Part shown: positions 1-13,500 of the stretch, one piece after another
Layout of the letters: each line of letters begins with the position of its first letter
Position numbering within the stretch: the first letter of the stretch is position 1
Assembly (NCBI RefSeq): GCF_964355755.1
Contig: NC_092674.1
Span: forward strand, 23,188,001-23,252,000
Direction: 5' to 3'
Length of the DNA: 64,000 nt
Source: Antedon mediterranea
Lineage: Eukaryota; Animalia; Echinodermata
Made by a program: the position numbers and the translations under genes
The notes under the pieces: generated by a model
Told to the model about the DNA's origin: nothing
Database searches by the model: none
Seen by the model: the letters and a program-made list of their open reading frames with translations, nothing else

Positions 1-1519
1 ATCCAGACTATCTTTTAGCCATGTGCTTCACGATAAATTCGAAATATTACGAATTTCATAAATTACTATATGCTGTTTTCATAGAATATAGCATTAGTCT
101 AGGATTATGAGATATTTGTTTTGGTTTCGAAGCCTAAAATAGATTTTGTCAGCTGTGTGTTACCTAATTATAGGTCAACTGGATTGTGTCACGATAATAT
201 TAATTTGACAAACTGCGTCATTTGTAAACAGGGACGTTGACATTTTATAAAATTTGATAAAAAAAAATCACAAATTAATCCTACATACATATTGTTGAAA
301 AGAATAACTGAGCATGTATTCATAAATATTAAATGCCAACATAATAATATTGAAGGATGATTTTAATCTATCAGACTTCTTCCATTTCCGAATAAACATG
401 CATTGGAATCGAATAATATATGCCGTTACAAACAACTTTACAAATGAATCAAACAAAAGAAAACAATTAATGTTGTAATATACAAAAACTAATTTTAATG
501 ATTCTTCTGAAATAATCGTCGTTTTAAAGATATTTGGTAGTCGTTGATTTGTTGTTGCAGTAATCATGTTTATTTTATAATATTTGATACAAACAAAGCC
601 AGGACTGTTTAAAGCACCTTGATTGGTCCTAACATTGATCAAGGGCTTCTCTCGTCCGTATTGTTTACTCATCAAAGATTATCATTTAAATAAGTTTTAA
701 AAGAACTGTTAGAGAAGTCACGTAAAGATTTTGACCAGGATAGCCCAAATCTCCAAAATTAAACAGGTTTATTTCCACTTGGGTTCTGAAAAAATAAGGT
801 TTTTAGTTAATAAAGTTCCGGTACGAATATTGCTTTACCAAGTTCCTAAAAATAATATTATTTTCAGTGTTTTCAATAACACTTGATAGTTTGTTTCATT
901 CTCTTATGGAAGAGTTAATAATTGTTTGTTTGTATTATATGATTATTTTAATCATACACTTTCGTAAAGTTAACATTATGGTGCCTAATTAGTCTTCTTG
1001 TTTAATTTCTTTATTAGTATGAATACCTTTAAATTTTTAAGTATATTATTGTATATTATTAATATTGATGTTATTCAATATAAATATATTCAACAAGTGC
1101 ACGCAAACTACGCTAAAAAACTTAACCGAACGATCAAACGTCAGAGGTGCGTTCAACCTTGGCGAAGTATAGTTTTCGATTAAATGTTACTTAACTAAAA
1201 AATAAAATAAATATCTTTTTTGTAACGTCATTAGTTTAAAGCTTTATGTTCAGATAAAGTTAAAAAAAACACGTTTGATCTATTTAGACGACGACCAGCC
1301 CTCATGAACACATCCCTAATTTGAATATGGTTTTGCCCTTAATGCCAAGTTTCCGGTGATTATGCGGATGTTCGACGAAACTTAAGCAGTGGTTATATTG
1401 AATTTAAGTAGGCCTGACTGTCAACGTACAGTAGCATTTATTTTATCTTACCAAAAGCATTTACTGAAAAGAGAAAAGACAAATTTTTGGTAACTTTCTG
1501 AAATAAATCATCTAATGCG

Positions 1520-1589
1520 ATGTTGCGTCTACAACTAATAAGCGTTATGTTGATCACATTTGGATCCGGAAAGCTAATGTTACCCCCAG
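1520..1589 (+). CDS. Exon 1 of gene 1: putative signal peptide [23 protein letters not shown]
   Basis: ATG followed by a hydrophobic stretch, ending in the phase-1 donor CAG|gtatgt, which fits the next exon. Too short for the ORF track. Confidence 0.7.
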
Positions 1590-4500
1590 GTATGTTATAT
1601 TAATTTCTGTATTACATTTTCTATGGTTTAATGAGATCTAGAATAGCTATGATAGGGTTATGTTGGTTGTCCACATTAAAGTTATGTTCGGTTAATTATG
1701 TATTCAGATGATACACTTCTGAAAGTAAAATCGCCGGAAACTAGACATTGAATCTAACCGTCATTTTCAGGAGGTAAATGACGTTAAGCTTGAATCCTAT
1801 CAAGACGCAACGTAAAGACGTACGGTAAGCCGCAACGCAAGCGGGTTGACCAACCACAAGCGATGCATTATTCGAACCATAGCTTGTGATTGGTCATTTC
1901 GCTTGCATTGCGGCTTACGTCTTTACGTTGCTTGGTAATGCTTGGTTCCCACTAGAGACGCAACACAAGGACGTAACGCAAAGTGAGTTGACCAACCACA
2001 AGCGATGGATTATTCGAACTCTCGCTTGTCAGTAGTGGTCAAACGCTTGTGTTGCGTACGTCCTTGGGTTGCTTCCTAGTGGGAACAAAGCTTAAGTCAG
2101 GGAGTTTTTACAACTCCCTGCTTAAGTGGAAACCTTCATTTCACCATTGGGCCTTACTCCTATTACTCCTCACCTCCCTAATCAAAATGCTACATCCGCC
2201 ACTACCCAATTCAACCAGACTTGGTTATTAAGTTAAATTGATCGTAAACTTTCAAGTATAACTTTTTCGAACTTTCTACTAACATTTTAACTGTCACATT
2301 AATGTTCTAAAATTCTGTTATTATGCCTAATCAAATGTTTCCGTTTCAACTATTATAAAATAAGTAGGAAAAATTTAGGTAGGACAACTTAATTTATTGA
2401 TAGTTCCATGTTGAAGTTCCTCACAGTCACAACAAATATTGGAAGAACCTGATAGTTTGGTAATGAGACAGAACTAAAGAATGACGGAGGGCGAACGACG
2501 ACTGCATTATCTTAAAGATAATTCGTTTGCGATTCTGATACAGACAAGAAAATACACATTATAAAATTAACCTATCACGGCTGACAATAAACGTTCGTCA
2601 AAGGTGTACACCCACAGGGGCGATTTCACAAATTATAAAGTAAATCAAATTACGTTCAGCACTTCATTTCACTACCTAATTTTAACTTTTCTCAGTGATG
2701 TTATGTAACGTTATTCATATGATTAATCACAAAGACCAAAATGCATTTGTTCGAGTGTCTCAATTTTCAGTTTAGTAATTAAGTGAGACGCATTGAGCAG
2801 ACGCCAGACTGTGCACGGAACACAATTTTTAAATTAATATATCACTTTCTTTATCTAAACATCATTCATGCCTATAAATTCAGTTGTATGTGTACTTCTC
2901 CTCTCACAGAGTGGCCGAGCGGTTAAGACAGTGGAACCGTAATTACGTAGCCATAACATCGGCATGGGTTCGAGGCTCACTCACTCCATGGTTCTGGTGG
3001 TAGAACGAGTCTTCTCGGATAAGGACTATAAACCGTAGGTCCAGTGTACACATCTAGCTCGTGTGCACTTTAAAGAACCTAGTACATCTTTCGAGACGAG
3101 TAGGGGGTTACCCCGGTGTATTAGTACATCACAGCCACTGATCACCAACTGGGCCCTCTGGGAGACCAGTCTTTGACTGAAGAGGTTACCCAGTATAAAT
3201 ATATATTTCAATTCAATTCAATCCTCTTATAAATACCAACGTCCTATGTACGGTATCTATCCTGCGTGGGTTTCGGTTTCAGCTCCGCTCTGTAAATGGT
3301 CATAACATAGATTCTATATTTTTGTTTTCCGCATACCGTTACCGTTCGTCTGTTGGAATTGGTTGAAAACATGAAATTAATGATAAACGTGTACACTATT
3401 GTAAAATATTTCACATCATCAGTAAAAAAAATAAAAATATTTTTATTTTTGTAAATTGGATATAGGGTGTGCCGGAACGGAACTCTTTAAAAGACATTAT
3501 ACTCCCATAAATCATTTCAAATATGTTATAAAAATGAAATGGTAACGTGATTATTTGAACCAATAGGAACGTCTGACAGGGTGCCACGCTGCCACGATCC
3601 TGGCAACGTAAGGTGGGCGAGAAGGCAGAGGTTTTACGGAGGACAACTCATAGTGTACACTTGCAATACGGGCTTAACCCTTGTTGGAAAAACTAACATA
3701 CGTTGTGAGGGCGGTCGATGGTCAGATGTCAAACCGGTCTGTGCTGGTAATGTTGTGATAGCATACGTATTTGGACTTTGCATGGCATGTATGGTGTGCG
3801 CATGCTCTAAGGATCAGAAAATTCACGAACATGCATGACTATTGGAAAATCATCTTTTAGAACTTGTGTATGCTTTACCTGACAATGTGCCTAGCCCTGT
3901 GAATACGCAGCCAACCCAAGCCAGTTTAAAAAAAATTACAATAGGCCTACAAATGATATATCATTAGGCTCTGAATTCATTTGCCAATTGTTATACATCC
4001 TCAACCTTTCTAAAATTCTTGGTTTGCTCGAATGTCTGTACAAAAGAATTACTTATATGCCTCCATAAATTAGTGTGTATTAAAGAACGGTTTTTCTACT
4101 TTTTTATTATGTTATAAGAACCGTTTCCTGATCTGATCTGATCTGATTTTGAGTAAGCTTCCTCTTCCTAGACCTACCAACATGCATGTTTCTGCACATC
4201 ACGCGGTGTATGCATGTCATCAATAAACTATACCCTACATTACGTATTGGTTTATTTGTACATTTGACATTTCTACCAGCTCCTGGCTGTGATCCGCCCG
4301 GTAAACTAGAACTTGGCTCTTCAGAAACAGTACCCGGTGGTGCTGTAGTCAGATTCACTTGTAGCAAAGAGCTAGAACTTCACGGTTCTTCAACGATTTA
4401 CTGCGATGGCACTCAATGGAATAGTACCGTTCCAACTTGTTTGGCTGCCAAACCAGAATACAACCTAATTTCAAACTGCCCAACTCTGCAAAATGTTGCT

Positions 4501-7500
4501 TTTTCAAAACGTATGGATTCAGAAAGAGCAGTGGTTATCATCTGTCATAAAGGTTACCAGCTAATTGGAACCGGTGTCTTAAGATGCAACATGACTAATG
4601 AGTGGATGTCAGAGCCTCCATTGTGCGTAAGTAAGTGCATATATGAACGTGCATGTCAAGAAGATATCAGTCTAAGTAATCCAAAGGAGTATTTATTTTC
4701 CACAGGAAAGGTTTTAGTGAATAACGGTTAAGTCGACAACCAAAAGTAAGCCTACAAGTATACACTGTTCAAATATCCAATCTGCTGTAATGTTTTGATC
4801 TTTATTCTATTTCATACTCATCCAACAGCGAGTAACTCGACAATTACAAGATTATAATTTATTATGGTTATAAAGATTCGTGGGTTACAACCCTGGCACT
4901 AGTTCAGGATTGAACCCTCCTGGACCTTATGATTGGAAGACAAGCACGTTAACAACAAAAGCTACAGATCTACCGCCTTATTAGTATAGATATCATAAGT
5001 GTGCAGCTCATATTTTTAAATAATGAATGAACTCGCCATAACTGGCACAATTTTCATTCTTTCTGAAGGTATACGACAGGGGTCGGTAATTCATGCGTCT
5101 GTGATACCAACAACAAGTGACAGAACTTTTTCCTTTAACAAAATGTTCTATTGCCTTAAACAATGTCGTTCAATACGCTTCTAGCGACCAACTAAATTCA
5201 TTCGTACTTTGTTTGAACACACACACTGGTCTCACATACCCGCAATGAATGGCGAGTACCAATCTTTCTCCGTATTTATGCCGTTTATGCATTACGTCAT
5301 TCTATCAATTAATTAACCATGCATAACGGATTGTAACTAGAGCCATCACATAAGTATGGAATGGTAATAATGATGTTATATCAAGTTTGCATACTTGAAA
5401 TAATTTTTTTAAATGTTTTCAATGAGAAAATAGATTGGTATATTGGGTTAAGTTATTTTAGAAAAAGATAAATTTTACTTTTTATTCTACTTCCATTTTA
5501 ATTAGTAATTTAATTTCGATAGTTATTGATATTTGCATAATGTTTGTGTTTACATATTTTTAAATAATTTAAAAATTGCAATACAACAATTCTTTGATTG
5601 TAAGAGTAGTATCCATGTATGAGGGAATTACGTAGATCCAGATACAGTATTTCAAACACATAAACATACTGCAACATTTAATAATTTTTATATATTATTA
5701 TATGATTTTATATGCGAGGCAATGCATCGAGGAGCATTAATTAAAACCCTGAATTAAATCGTTCTAATTATTATTTTTAATTAATAATTTTACAGCTGAC
5801 GGATGTCAAGATGTTGCAGATCCCGAGAATGGCATTGGACAGAAAAGTCAATCGGGTTCCGTTATCACATTCCAATGCTTCAACGGTTACAGTCTTCGAG
5901 GTGTCGATATGATCACTTGTACAGAAGGAGGTTGGAGCGACAGTGTACCAACGTGCATTCCAGAGCAGACTACACTTCCAAGGGCCGATAGAACTTGCAT
6001 TACCCGTCCTCCAAGCATCCAGAATACAACATACGGGTATCAGTCTCGAACACATGACGACGGAGAACAATATTACGAGGTCAACTACTCGTGCTACCAG
6101 GGATATAAACTATTATCTGGTGCAACTACCGCAATATGCTCAGAGGGACAATATCATTGGCCACTAGAAGGACCCCCACAGTGTGTTGGTAAGTTATAGA
6201 TGGCATTTTACATCCGATTCTTCTTAGGAAACTGACTTGCAATAGTCCGTTATAATATATCTAATGACAGTAACATAATAGGGCGTATTTCATTGGCGCT
6301 GAAGAGTAACTAAAATATATAAAACAATATATAAAATATATTCAAACAATAATGATTTTATGTTTTACATATAGCAACATGTGCAGCCCCGGCATTTTAC
6401 TGTGAACATTCATGCATTGACCGACCAATGGGAGCAGAGTGTACTTGCTATGATGGGTATTACCTAAATGACCGAGGACATTACTGTTACAGTAAGTACA
6501 GTAATATTATGCCTATATTCACGTCATATTAATGAAAAACGAACGATCTCGTCTACAGTTGTATTGGGTACCCGTTGGAGGCCCAACATTGTTTATGTTT
6601 ACACAAACGGGGTTTAGAACCAGTATAATATTAGGTTTTAGCTTTCTATCCAACGTCAACAGCGCCATTATTGGAATATATCTTCTTGTTTGTTGTTCTA
6701 TTGAGACACTGAATAAACTGGTTTTCTTTTAACCCCTTTGTACCCATAACTCGACCATTATAGAAATACCGCATCATCTATAAGCAATATTCATTGTGTT
6801 AATTATGGTTTTTTGTTATCACTCAATTAACTTTTTACAGATATCAATGAATGTCTAACAGAGGGTATTTGCGGACAGGGTGTCTGTCGAGATCGAACAG
6901 GAACATACCAGTGTTATTGTTCACAGGGGTATATATTAGTGGATGGAAGATGTGAAGGTGAGAGCACTGAATACATTTGTCGAATCTATATAAGTAGAAC
7001 CTTTCCTTTAGGGCAAATCTATTTAGGGGACACTCCTATTAAAGGTACACTTTCCCGTGTCAATGAACGAGGGGAAATATGGTTTTTAACACTATGGCAA
7101 ACCCCTATTCAAAAGACACCCCAAATTAAGGAACAATTTTTTGTTGGGTCCCGACGGTGTCTACTGTAGAATGATACATATGGTTATTTTATTGGTGAAC
7201 ATTTCGGCACCACGAAGTGACACTAACCTAAAAATCTTTTTCTTTAATGGAAATTTCAATAAACAAATTACTGAAGCAAATTTCTGTATTCATGATACTG
7301 AAGGTTGAAATATTCGATGTCTAGCTAAAGGTCAAAGATATAATTATTGTATCCCTGAATTTGTTTTGTTTAACGTTGAATTTGACATTTAAATGTCACA
7401 TAATAGTTACTTAATTTGACCAACAATTGAACCTACAAATCTTTAATAAAAGATATCAAACTAATGATAGAACAAAACAAACATTATTATCATTCTCATT

Positions 7501-10500
7501 AACAGATGCCGATGAATGCGAATATCAATACAGATGTCGAAACAGTCAATGTGTAAACACAATTGGATCGTACACATGTCAGTGTAATGACGGCTATAGA
7601 GCTGGAAGTAGCAATAAAGAGTGCTATGGTAATCAATATTTAAATAAAAATCAAATCTAAGTAACGTTTTCGTTTTATTTCCAATGAACAACCACCCTTC
7701 ACACATCTTCTAAAACAAATTATCTGATTAGAAATTACTAATGATAGAAATTTAGAATAAAAACAAAAGCTATATTTGTAATTGGTAAAATCGCTTGCGT
7801 TACGTTGAGTACCAAATTTTAGGCGTAAATTACGGACCAATTTTTTATTCTCCCTAACGTCAAAGAATTCCCTATGGGTCATGCTTCTATTTTCCCTAAA
7901 CCTAACACTTTATCTCGCCTCTCACAAATGTATGATTTGGACTTACGTATTATATACTTGTGTATAACAGGCTTGCGCGTGATATATATAGGCTTGCGTA
8001 TGATATGGTTGTATCGTTATCTTTAAATTAGATATCAACGAATGTACTGAAGATCCTGGTCTCTGTCAACACGGTACATGTTACAATGACTATCCAGGAT
8101 ATATCTGTGGATGCGATTATGGATTCAGACAGTCAACAGATCGTAGGAGTTGTATAGGTATACAGTACTTCATAATGTAAAACAAATTGCAATTCAAATT
8201 GGCTTCAAGCACAACTTTAGCTGTGAACAATTAGCTTCTTTAAATAAGTCTATAAATACACACCTTGTCGGAAAAGAAGACATTACTGATAATGCTTTCA
8301 AATGACAGAACCAAAAGCGTTTTTTAAGAGTTGTTTGTACTTATTTTAATTCTATAATGGTTTTTGAAATTGACATTTTGCCGGTAGATAAGAAAGAAGA
8401 AATGTTTACTCCAATTTCGTAGTTTTTAATAGTGTTTGCTTGTTTCTAGATGTTAATGAATGCGACACTGAGGATAATCCATGCAAAGACAGATGTATTA
8501 ACACGGTTGGTAGCTACAATTGTGGATGTCAAAATGGATTTGTATTGAGTAGTGATCAAGCTACTTGCGTTGGTAAGTTTACAAAACTGCAAACCTGTTT
8601 TCTGTAGTTTACCAACATTTTTCTACTGGTCTACACTGGTACTCGCAATCTTAAAAATGTACACCCAAATTTAAGAAAAAGGAGAGTTACTCAAAGGAGG
8701 TAATAAATATACACGAATATGCTCAAATGTTCTGCACAGTATAGGAAGATGATGATAGCGTGTAAAACCCGAATTTGTTTTTACAGTGTAGACAATTTTG
8801 GAAAGATTTTATTCTTGGAAAACTCAAACAGTTTGCTCGAGTTTACAATCTTAACTTCTGCAAATAAGTTTCTGCAGTTTGTCAAGTTTTTCAGTTTAAC
8901 CTTAGGTTAGGTTAGATTAGCAATCGAGATTTTTTAGAATATAAATGGCTAAATATATTTGTGGTTGTCTGGTTATTTCAGATTTCAACGAATGCGAAGA
9001 TGGTCAAAATTCCTGTCCTTCCGGCAATATCTGTGAGAACACAGAAGGTTCGTACAACTGCAGGGAATGTCAACAAGGATTCAGATTGAAGAACGGTGTA
9101 TGTACAGGTAAACACATTATATATTCATTGATCCATGATTCTACAATCTTTTAAATATAAATTTGTTTTTAACCTTTTTAATACCATACATGCAAATATA
9201 AATACAATTTCCACAATGTTTAAGTTATCTTTTAGAATTTTGCAAGTAGGTAGGCCTATATTCCAACAGACCATACATATTGATTTTATGAAAATCGATA
9301 TATTGGTAACGTCAGTAAATTGAAATCTTGAGTTATTATGTATCTTTAATACATATAATATACAACATGTTAAATATCACGCCACCGATTCCGGCATTCT
9401 ACCAAATATTTATCTCAGTTTCTTAATTTATTATGATAATATTCTTCAGAAATGAATGTTCTTATTGTTTATTGTTCAAATGTGATTGTTTAGATGTGAA
9501 TGAGTGCCTAGAGGATCACGGCTATGGCGTCAAATTTGGATACTGCGAAGCCTGGTGTGGGAATACGATCGGCAGCTATACTTGTTCATGTCCTCAACAC
9601 GTGTCAAAGTGGGTTGGTTACGAGCTTGCTGAAGATAGACATAGGTGTATACGTAAGAATACCATCTTTTACAAAAAGAAGAGCACTTTTCGAGTGAAAT
9701 TCGAGTGATAACAGTTATTAAAATGGAGCCAAAACTTATATTTCTTTGTTAAAATAGATAGTAATTAAAGTATTTTGTTTTCATTTAGCAACATTTTCTG
9801 ATCTTTTGCTTTGTTATATTTTGGTTTTTTTTAAAGCAATATTTTCTTCCTCAAATCGTACTTTACTTGTTGATAATAACCTAATATTTGTCTTTTCTTT
9901 TTTAAATTCTTAGCCGCTGTATGCTCAACGTCAAACTGTGAACACACATGTATCCCATCTTCTAATAGTAGAACTTATCGATGTAGTTGCAATGCCGGGT
10001 ACAGACTGCATACAAATGGATACAACTGCGTTGGTAAGACAAGGAATTATTTATTTATTTATTCTTTCTTTTGATTGGATTGCATTTTCAGTAACGTAGT
10101 ACTACTACTAGAGTTTTTTCCAATTTTGGTGTTACCAGTATTTTACTACAGTACTTTGCCACGGGTGCATTTGAAGTGGAGGGAATCATTAAACTTTGGC
10201 CTAAAGTCAAATAGAAGCCGAGGTTTGACTCCGATTGTATTATACCACAAGAGAAAATAAACACTTTATTTATATTTCTCTCAATTACTGTAGTCTACAT
10301 GGAAAATGAAGAAGAGAGGAACGTTTCTTCGCGTTACAAAGCTTTCATTACATTACATTATTGATTGTTTGTTTATTTAAAAATCATTTATACACGTACA
10401 GATATAGATGAATGCGAGTCTGAATCGAGCTGTCCACATGCCTGTGTTAATACAGTTGGTGGTTTTGAATGCCAATGTTCATCGGGTCATGTCACCACAC

Positions 10501-13500
10501 CAAGTGGTGAATGTGAAGGTAGGCATTTGGTTTTAGAACCAGGGATGATTGAATTCATTTTCACTCTCCGGTCAGAACTGTTCGCATAGCAAAGTTTTAA
10601 TCAACCATTTTTCCAGCATACACCTTCGTCATCTACTTGTCTAGACTTCTAATGTCATTTGGGGATTTAGCAATATTGTCACCATGTTTCTCACTCCCAT
10701 TTTCAAACTAATCCTACCAATTGAATAGTGTTTCTTACGTTTTCCATGAGTACATATTGTTGTACCTTACACATAATAGAAGGCCATTAAATTTGTTTTA
10801 TCTTAAGTTGACTTTTTGACAGTTTCCGGTTTTTGTGTACAGTATATATTATTACATTGTTGTTCTTACCCGCTATTACTAAAGCCAACATTAAATAACC
10901 TTATAATATGTTACTATTGCTACTACAGTATTAAGAAATAACGGATAAATACTCTATTCATTGACTCTTATTAAAAATTTTACTTCGATCTTAAGCTATC
11001 AAACTTTATGTGACAACAAAATGCGATGTAATGATGTCATATCACTACATTTTTGGGCACATCATACTTTTTGTCAAACTAGTATGGTATTGTAAACAGA
11101 GCTTTAGAGAGTGACCGGAAACACAACCTAACTACAGGAATTAAACGACACTTAATTATAATTACACACTTTTCAATAATTTTGCAGCATGTCGACCTGA
11201 TTCGTATTACAACTTAAGAACGAATAGGTGTTTTGATTGTCCGGCAAATTCAGGCACACGTGATTTGACAGCAAGAACAACAATAAGGCATTGTTTCTGT
11301 AATGACGGTTACGAATCAACTACAACGAAACTTGTGTGTAACGGTAAGAAACATATTGCGCGGCTCATGGACGATACCATTGTCTTAAAGGAAGTTAATT
11401 TTCAAATATTGTTCTTCTCTCGGAGAAGAAAGGCCTATGTTGGTTTATCCAGGAGGGTTAGACACGAAATATATTTGTCCAGCTTTCATATCAAACAAAT
11501 TGTAAAAGTGACCAATTTATAACAATTCTAAATATCCGTTTATAAATCAACTAAATTAGTTTTCCCCAAACAGCATTTTTGTGAGGCCGAGAACTTTCAC
11601 TTTATTGATTTTTTTTTCTTTTCTCTTTTAAGATATTAATGAATGCGCGAACAACAATTTCGGCTGTTCTTTCGAGTGCGTGAACACACCAGGCTCGGCG
11701 TATTGCGTCTGTGAGCCTGGCTATGAGTTAGACGATACTGGCAAGACGTGTATTGGTAAGCTACCATTGTTTTTGTTTATAAATCTATCTAAACACGCTG
11801 ATACTTGGGATCGCCATATATATGGCGCGCCAAACTGTCATTTATTCTGAAAATAGAGATATCTTATCTATAACAAAGATATTTCTATATCTTAATTGGT
11901 CGAGTAATATATCAGGTGTTGATAGAGACGCCTCAGTTTTAATATCTTAGTTGTATACTATGATGTATTTTCAGAGATGTCATGGATTCGATATGTTTAT
12001 TTTCGAATAAATTACAGCTTGGCGCGCCACAGAAACATCAAACTATATCTTTGATTTAAACCTACCTTTTTGTATTAGATACGGACGAATGCAGCCTGAA
12101 GAACGGTGGATGTCAGCACCACTGTACTAACTCAATCGGGGGGTTTGAATGTTCCTGCAAAGACGGGTATATCAAGGACTCTGGGGATAAATACAGGTGT
12201 TTAGGTAGGCCTAACATTACTGTTAACAGTTTAGTGAAATTACACGTGTAATTAATCAATATGGATAAGGCAAAGATATTATATGGAAATTTAACATTTC
12301 CCAGAAAAATAACTATTAGGCCTATTTATTAAAGAACAACGCTTTTTTTATCCTCCCATCCCAACAATTTTTCTATATGGGTCAATATTTTATGTTTCCA
12401 AAGTCTCCCTTATCGTAACCCAGTTTATATTAAATTGTTACCCGGACTGAATTAAATATTGTAAAATAAACATGAAAATTCCTACTAAAATGCTAATCAA
12501 TGATAATTATAATTTCAACAGTATCAATCGGCATATTGTGGTCACTACCAAAATAAATTGTCTTTTTCTTTTTTAGACATTGATGAATGTGCGGAAGAAA
12601 ATGGCGGTTGTGAGGTCACCTGTAGAAATTACGATGGTGGATATTACTGCGACTGCACAGATAATAGTTTGATCAATGATGACGGTGTTTCATGCGACCG
12701 TAAAATTCAATGATTTTATTTTTAAATTTTAAAACGTTTCAGACTAGGCCATTGGGTTGCGCCAGGTTGCTAATTGTTCAGATGTTCGTCCCTACACTTA
12801 CGAAATTGTAAGTGCGCCTAAGTAATATAATTACCGAGTGGGACTCGATGGTTAAGGTTAGATTCCAGCTCAAAGGAAGCAGTGAGCACTACTAATCTTT
12901 ACTACGAAGTAGTTGCGTCCGAGAGATATGCTAATTGGTCAATTTCTGTTGCGCATGCACAGAACGTGGTACAGTAATACATAATTTGATCATGCTCCAT
13001 CTTATATTATTTCTTATTTATTATTCCAGCGATTGTTTGTAGTCCTCTTGTTGTACCACACAATGGAAATTTATCACCAAAGAAACGTTGTACTGGAAAA
13101 GAAAGTGGATTTTCACTTATCGGTAAACACATAGACATAGGTCACTTAATTGACGAGCGAGAGAGTGTAATGTACAGATCATCTCACAATTAAAAAACAC
13201 CACGAGATATAATTAGTAATGTACCATAGCCACGATTTCAGCGTTATCTCCATAAACATGTATGCACATTCTAAAAAACAATATGCATTTTCAAGATAGG
13301 AATCTAAACCACTGTAGAAACTACACATTGCGTAACATAACTGTCAAGGTTTATAGAAAGATACAGATCACTTCACAAATGTATTTTAACTCATAAAAGG
13401 CCTATTTTCAAGTTTAAACGATTGTTAACTAAGACTAAACCACCCCAGACACAAGATACAACGTAATGTAACGTAGCAGTTAATAAGATGTGATAGTGAT

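Noticed and set aside
268-1183. 135-aa and 61-aa ORFs at the window start
   Set aside because: AT-rich, I/F/N/K-biased translations with no recognisable motif or splice-consistent partner exons.
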